Shown here: positions 61,624-64,000 of the stretch, in pieces
Layout of the letters: each line of letters begins with the position of its first letter
How positions within the stretch are numbered: position 1 is the stretch's first letter
Source: Azolla caroliniana
Lineage: Eukaryota > Plantae > Polypodiophyta
NCBI GenBank assembly: GCA_043228905.1
Contig: JBHGNT010000006.1
Coordinates: 558,001 to 622,000 of the forward strand
Direction: 5' to 3'
DNA length: 64,000 nucleotides
Position numbers and translations under genes: made by a program
The notes under the pieces: model-generated
What the model was told of the DNA's origin: nothing
Databases searched by the model: none
Seen by the model: only the letters and a program-made list of their open reading frames with translations

Positions 61624-64000
61624 AGGGACATACCCTTCATAATTCCTTCATTTTTGTTGTTGTTCTTCTTCCAATAAGTATTAGGCATGTCACTCCAATA
61701 TATTACCTCTACAACTTAGAGGATCTATTGTAATTCGTGAAAAACACTTCACCCAATACGTTGGAATAAAACATAAAAGTTCTCAAAAAAAGCTCATAAA
61801 ATTTTCCTTTCGATAAGACACCTATTAATTCTCTACACATTTGATGTAAATTGATGTATACATACAATATCTACGTAATATGTATTTGTATCCAAAGCAA
61901 CCACAAGTTGACTTGTGTATAAGCTTGCATAGAAGTCGAATTTCAAATTGCCTCGAGTTTATAGTATATTGGAAAATGTGTTACATCATCGATGCCAAAA
62001 GAAAAGTGGAATTCATGATGGATTATAATATACTTTACATCTATGGAAAGTAGTAGCCTCTTCTCAGTAGTTTTGGTTGTCAATGGTCTTCCATATTTTA
62101 GAGGACATTTATGTTGTAGAGAACAAGAGTACAATTGAGGTGAGATGTCACACGGGGTTTTGGGATTGGTCAACATGACCAATCTTACCTTCTTGTTGTT
62201 TATCTCTAGTTAAATGTCCATTAATTTTCATTTCTTGAACAAGCAAACAAGATACAGAATATACATAGTTGTGGTCTAATAGACCACTTTGGTGGTGTTT
62301 TTGGAGACCGTAAAAACCCTTCGTCTTCTTGTTCTTGTTCTTCTTATACATACGGTACTAGTGAGAAACATAAAACCTCTTTTTTTATTTTTAAACTATC
62401 AAATATGTCACTTTTGAGAAAAATAAGAACATGTTCAATTTTGTGTATACATAAAAGAGCTAGTCCAAAGGCCTACGACACATTGCAACAAAACATATGT
62501 TATGCACACGTACATGTAACTAGTGCCATGCTAAGGAACATCATCTTGAAACAAATAGCCAAAAGTGCATTAAGACAAGTTACAATGAAGTGATATCGCA
62601 ATATTGTTGGGAAATAACAAATTGACGATGGCAACGTAAAATTAAAAAGTTGGTATAAATAATATTATCTTCATATGAAGCATGGTTATCAGTACTAAAT
62701 ATTTTACAAGTACACGTTTAAACTTTAATCCGTATTATTACTAGTTCAATCATATTATGTTGATCTCATCCAAGACATCTAAATACTATGTATTGATATT
62801 GAAACCATGGTTGTGTTAATGAGTATGATCTTTTCGTAGTTTGGTGCTTTCTTTAATATCGTATGGAAGTCAAGATGATGGGATATATTTACCAATATTA
62901 TTTCTTTTGTATCGAATTTACTTGTTGCAATATGATGGTGAGAGGTGTCGTGTACGTATCTTCTATTGTTTTGCCAAGTGATGACATAGTTGTCAGGGGT
63001 GTAATTATCAACATTGGTCAATATACTCCATATTTTGTTACATACTCTTTAGCAAGGGTTTAAGAACCTTTCCCCCATGGACGAGATTGTGCAGGCCACC
63101 ATAAACATATTTGTTTGAAATGCCAAAATGTAAGATATACTGTGTTTGTGAAACCTATAGTTGAGCTAAAACATGTGATGGTCAAGCCACAAACATGAAT
63201 TATTCCCTAATCTAGAAAGAGACACTTGACAATTGACTTGTATGATTGCAAGTGATGCATGCACTAGTAAATACATATTGGGTAGCTAATGAAGTAAAGA
63301 TCATGCATCAAGAGCAAAGTTGATAACCTTACACATGTGTCCAAGTTTGATGTACAATGAAAAAAATACAACTAGATTTTTGGACCACTTTTGAGAAATA
63401 TTTGATCGTAGTACATTACTTGTGCCATCTTCAGCATTGCTTGTGAAAGAAAGACAAAAATACTAGTATTGATCTCGATATTGAGCTGCTTCTCCAAGAG
63501 GAGCAAACTATTAACTTTTCTATATTTCCAATTACAAGTGGGACAACCACATGTAGTGGAAAACATGTGTAAAGCCAACAAGCCTATACTTGCAAATAGG
63601 ATAAATCATAAAATGTCATGTCACATACTAGATAAGAAGAATTTCAATGTGAATAAAGTGGATGATAATTGTAAGTTTTATGGAAACGTAAACATTTTGC
63701 AAAAGGATTGTGGGAAGAAACTTGTGGAATGAGATCTTGTATTATCGTCTAAAGTAAAGGTGAAGTGAACATACATGTTAAAACTTAAGATGTAAGTGTT
63801 GTAGATGATAATGATGATGAAAGATGTTCCACATTTTCCTTACAAATGTGACAAGGCACAAATTATGGTGGTTGTGCACAAATTACTAATGCTCAAATAT
63901 TGTAGCAAAGGGATGACATCTATAAATTGCGACATACGTCATAGCCATGTGGGGGATAGATAATTATTGTATCATTGAAGCAAACCCCCATGTAGGGTTT

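Noticed and set aside
61940-63900. Cys/His-containing minus-strand fragments (YSCSLQHKCP, TTCGCPTC) suggesting a decayed DNA transposase
   Set aside because: Too degraded to assign; no continuous frame, TIR or catalytic triad is visible.

Overview
AT-rich, intron- and transposon-rich nuclear DNA from a land plant; protein styles and repeat content suggest a non-seed plant such as a fern (inference). I rebuilt four protein-coding genes exon by exon: a peroxisomal NADP-isocitrate dehydrogenase (+, 13 exons visible, 5' end outside the window, C-terminal SRL), a VAMP72-type R-SNARE (-, 5 exons, 220 aa), a GH32 cell-wall-type acid invertase (-, 7 exons including the 9-nt DPN mini-exon, 584 aa) and a ZF-HD homeobox factor (-). 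There is one intact tRNA-Ser(CGA) and one degenerate copy. Mobile DNA includes a near-full-length decayed L1 LINE, further L1 fragments, six 3' fragments of an RTEX-like LINE family inside IDH introns, a second RTEX-like family, LTR remnants and hAT-like MITE ends. The most notable observations are: (1) the degenerate tRNA-Ser copy is joined to the hairpin-bearing 3' tail of the RTEX-like LINE (candidate SINE or tRNA-LINE chimera); (2) a solo LTR with a near-perfect 5-bp TSD carries a tRNA-like A/B-box cassette ending in CCA; (3) the ZF-HD stop codon overlaps a GTAAGT donor that could add a hidden 31-aa C-terminal exon. All assignments were made by eye, with no database searches.
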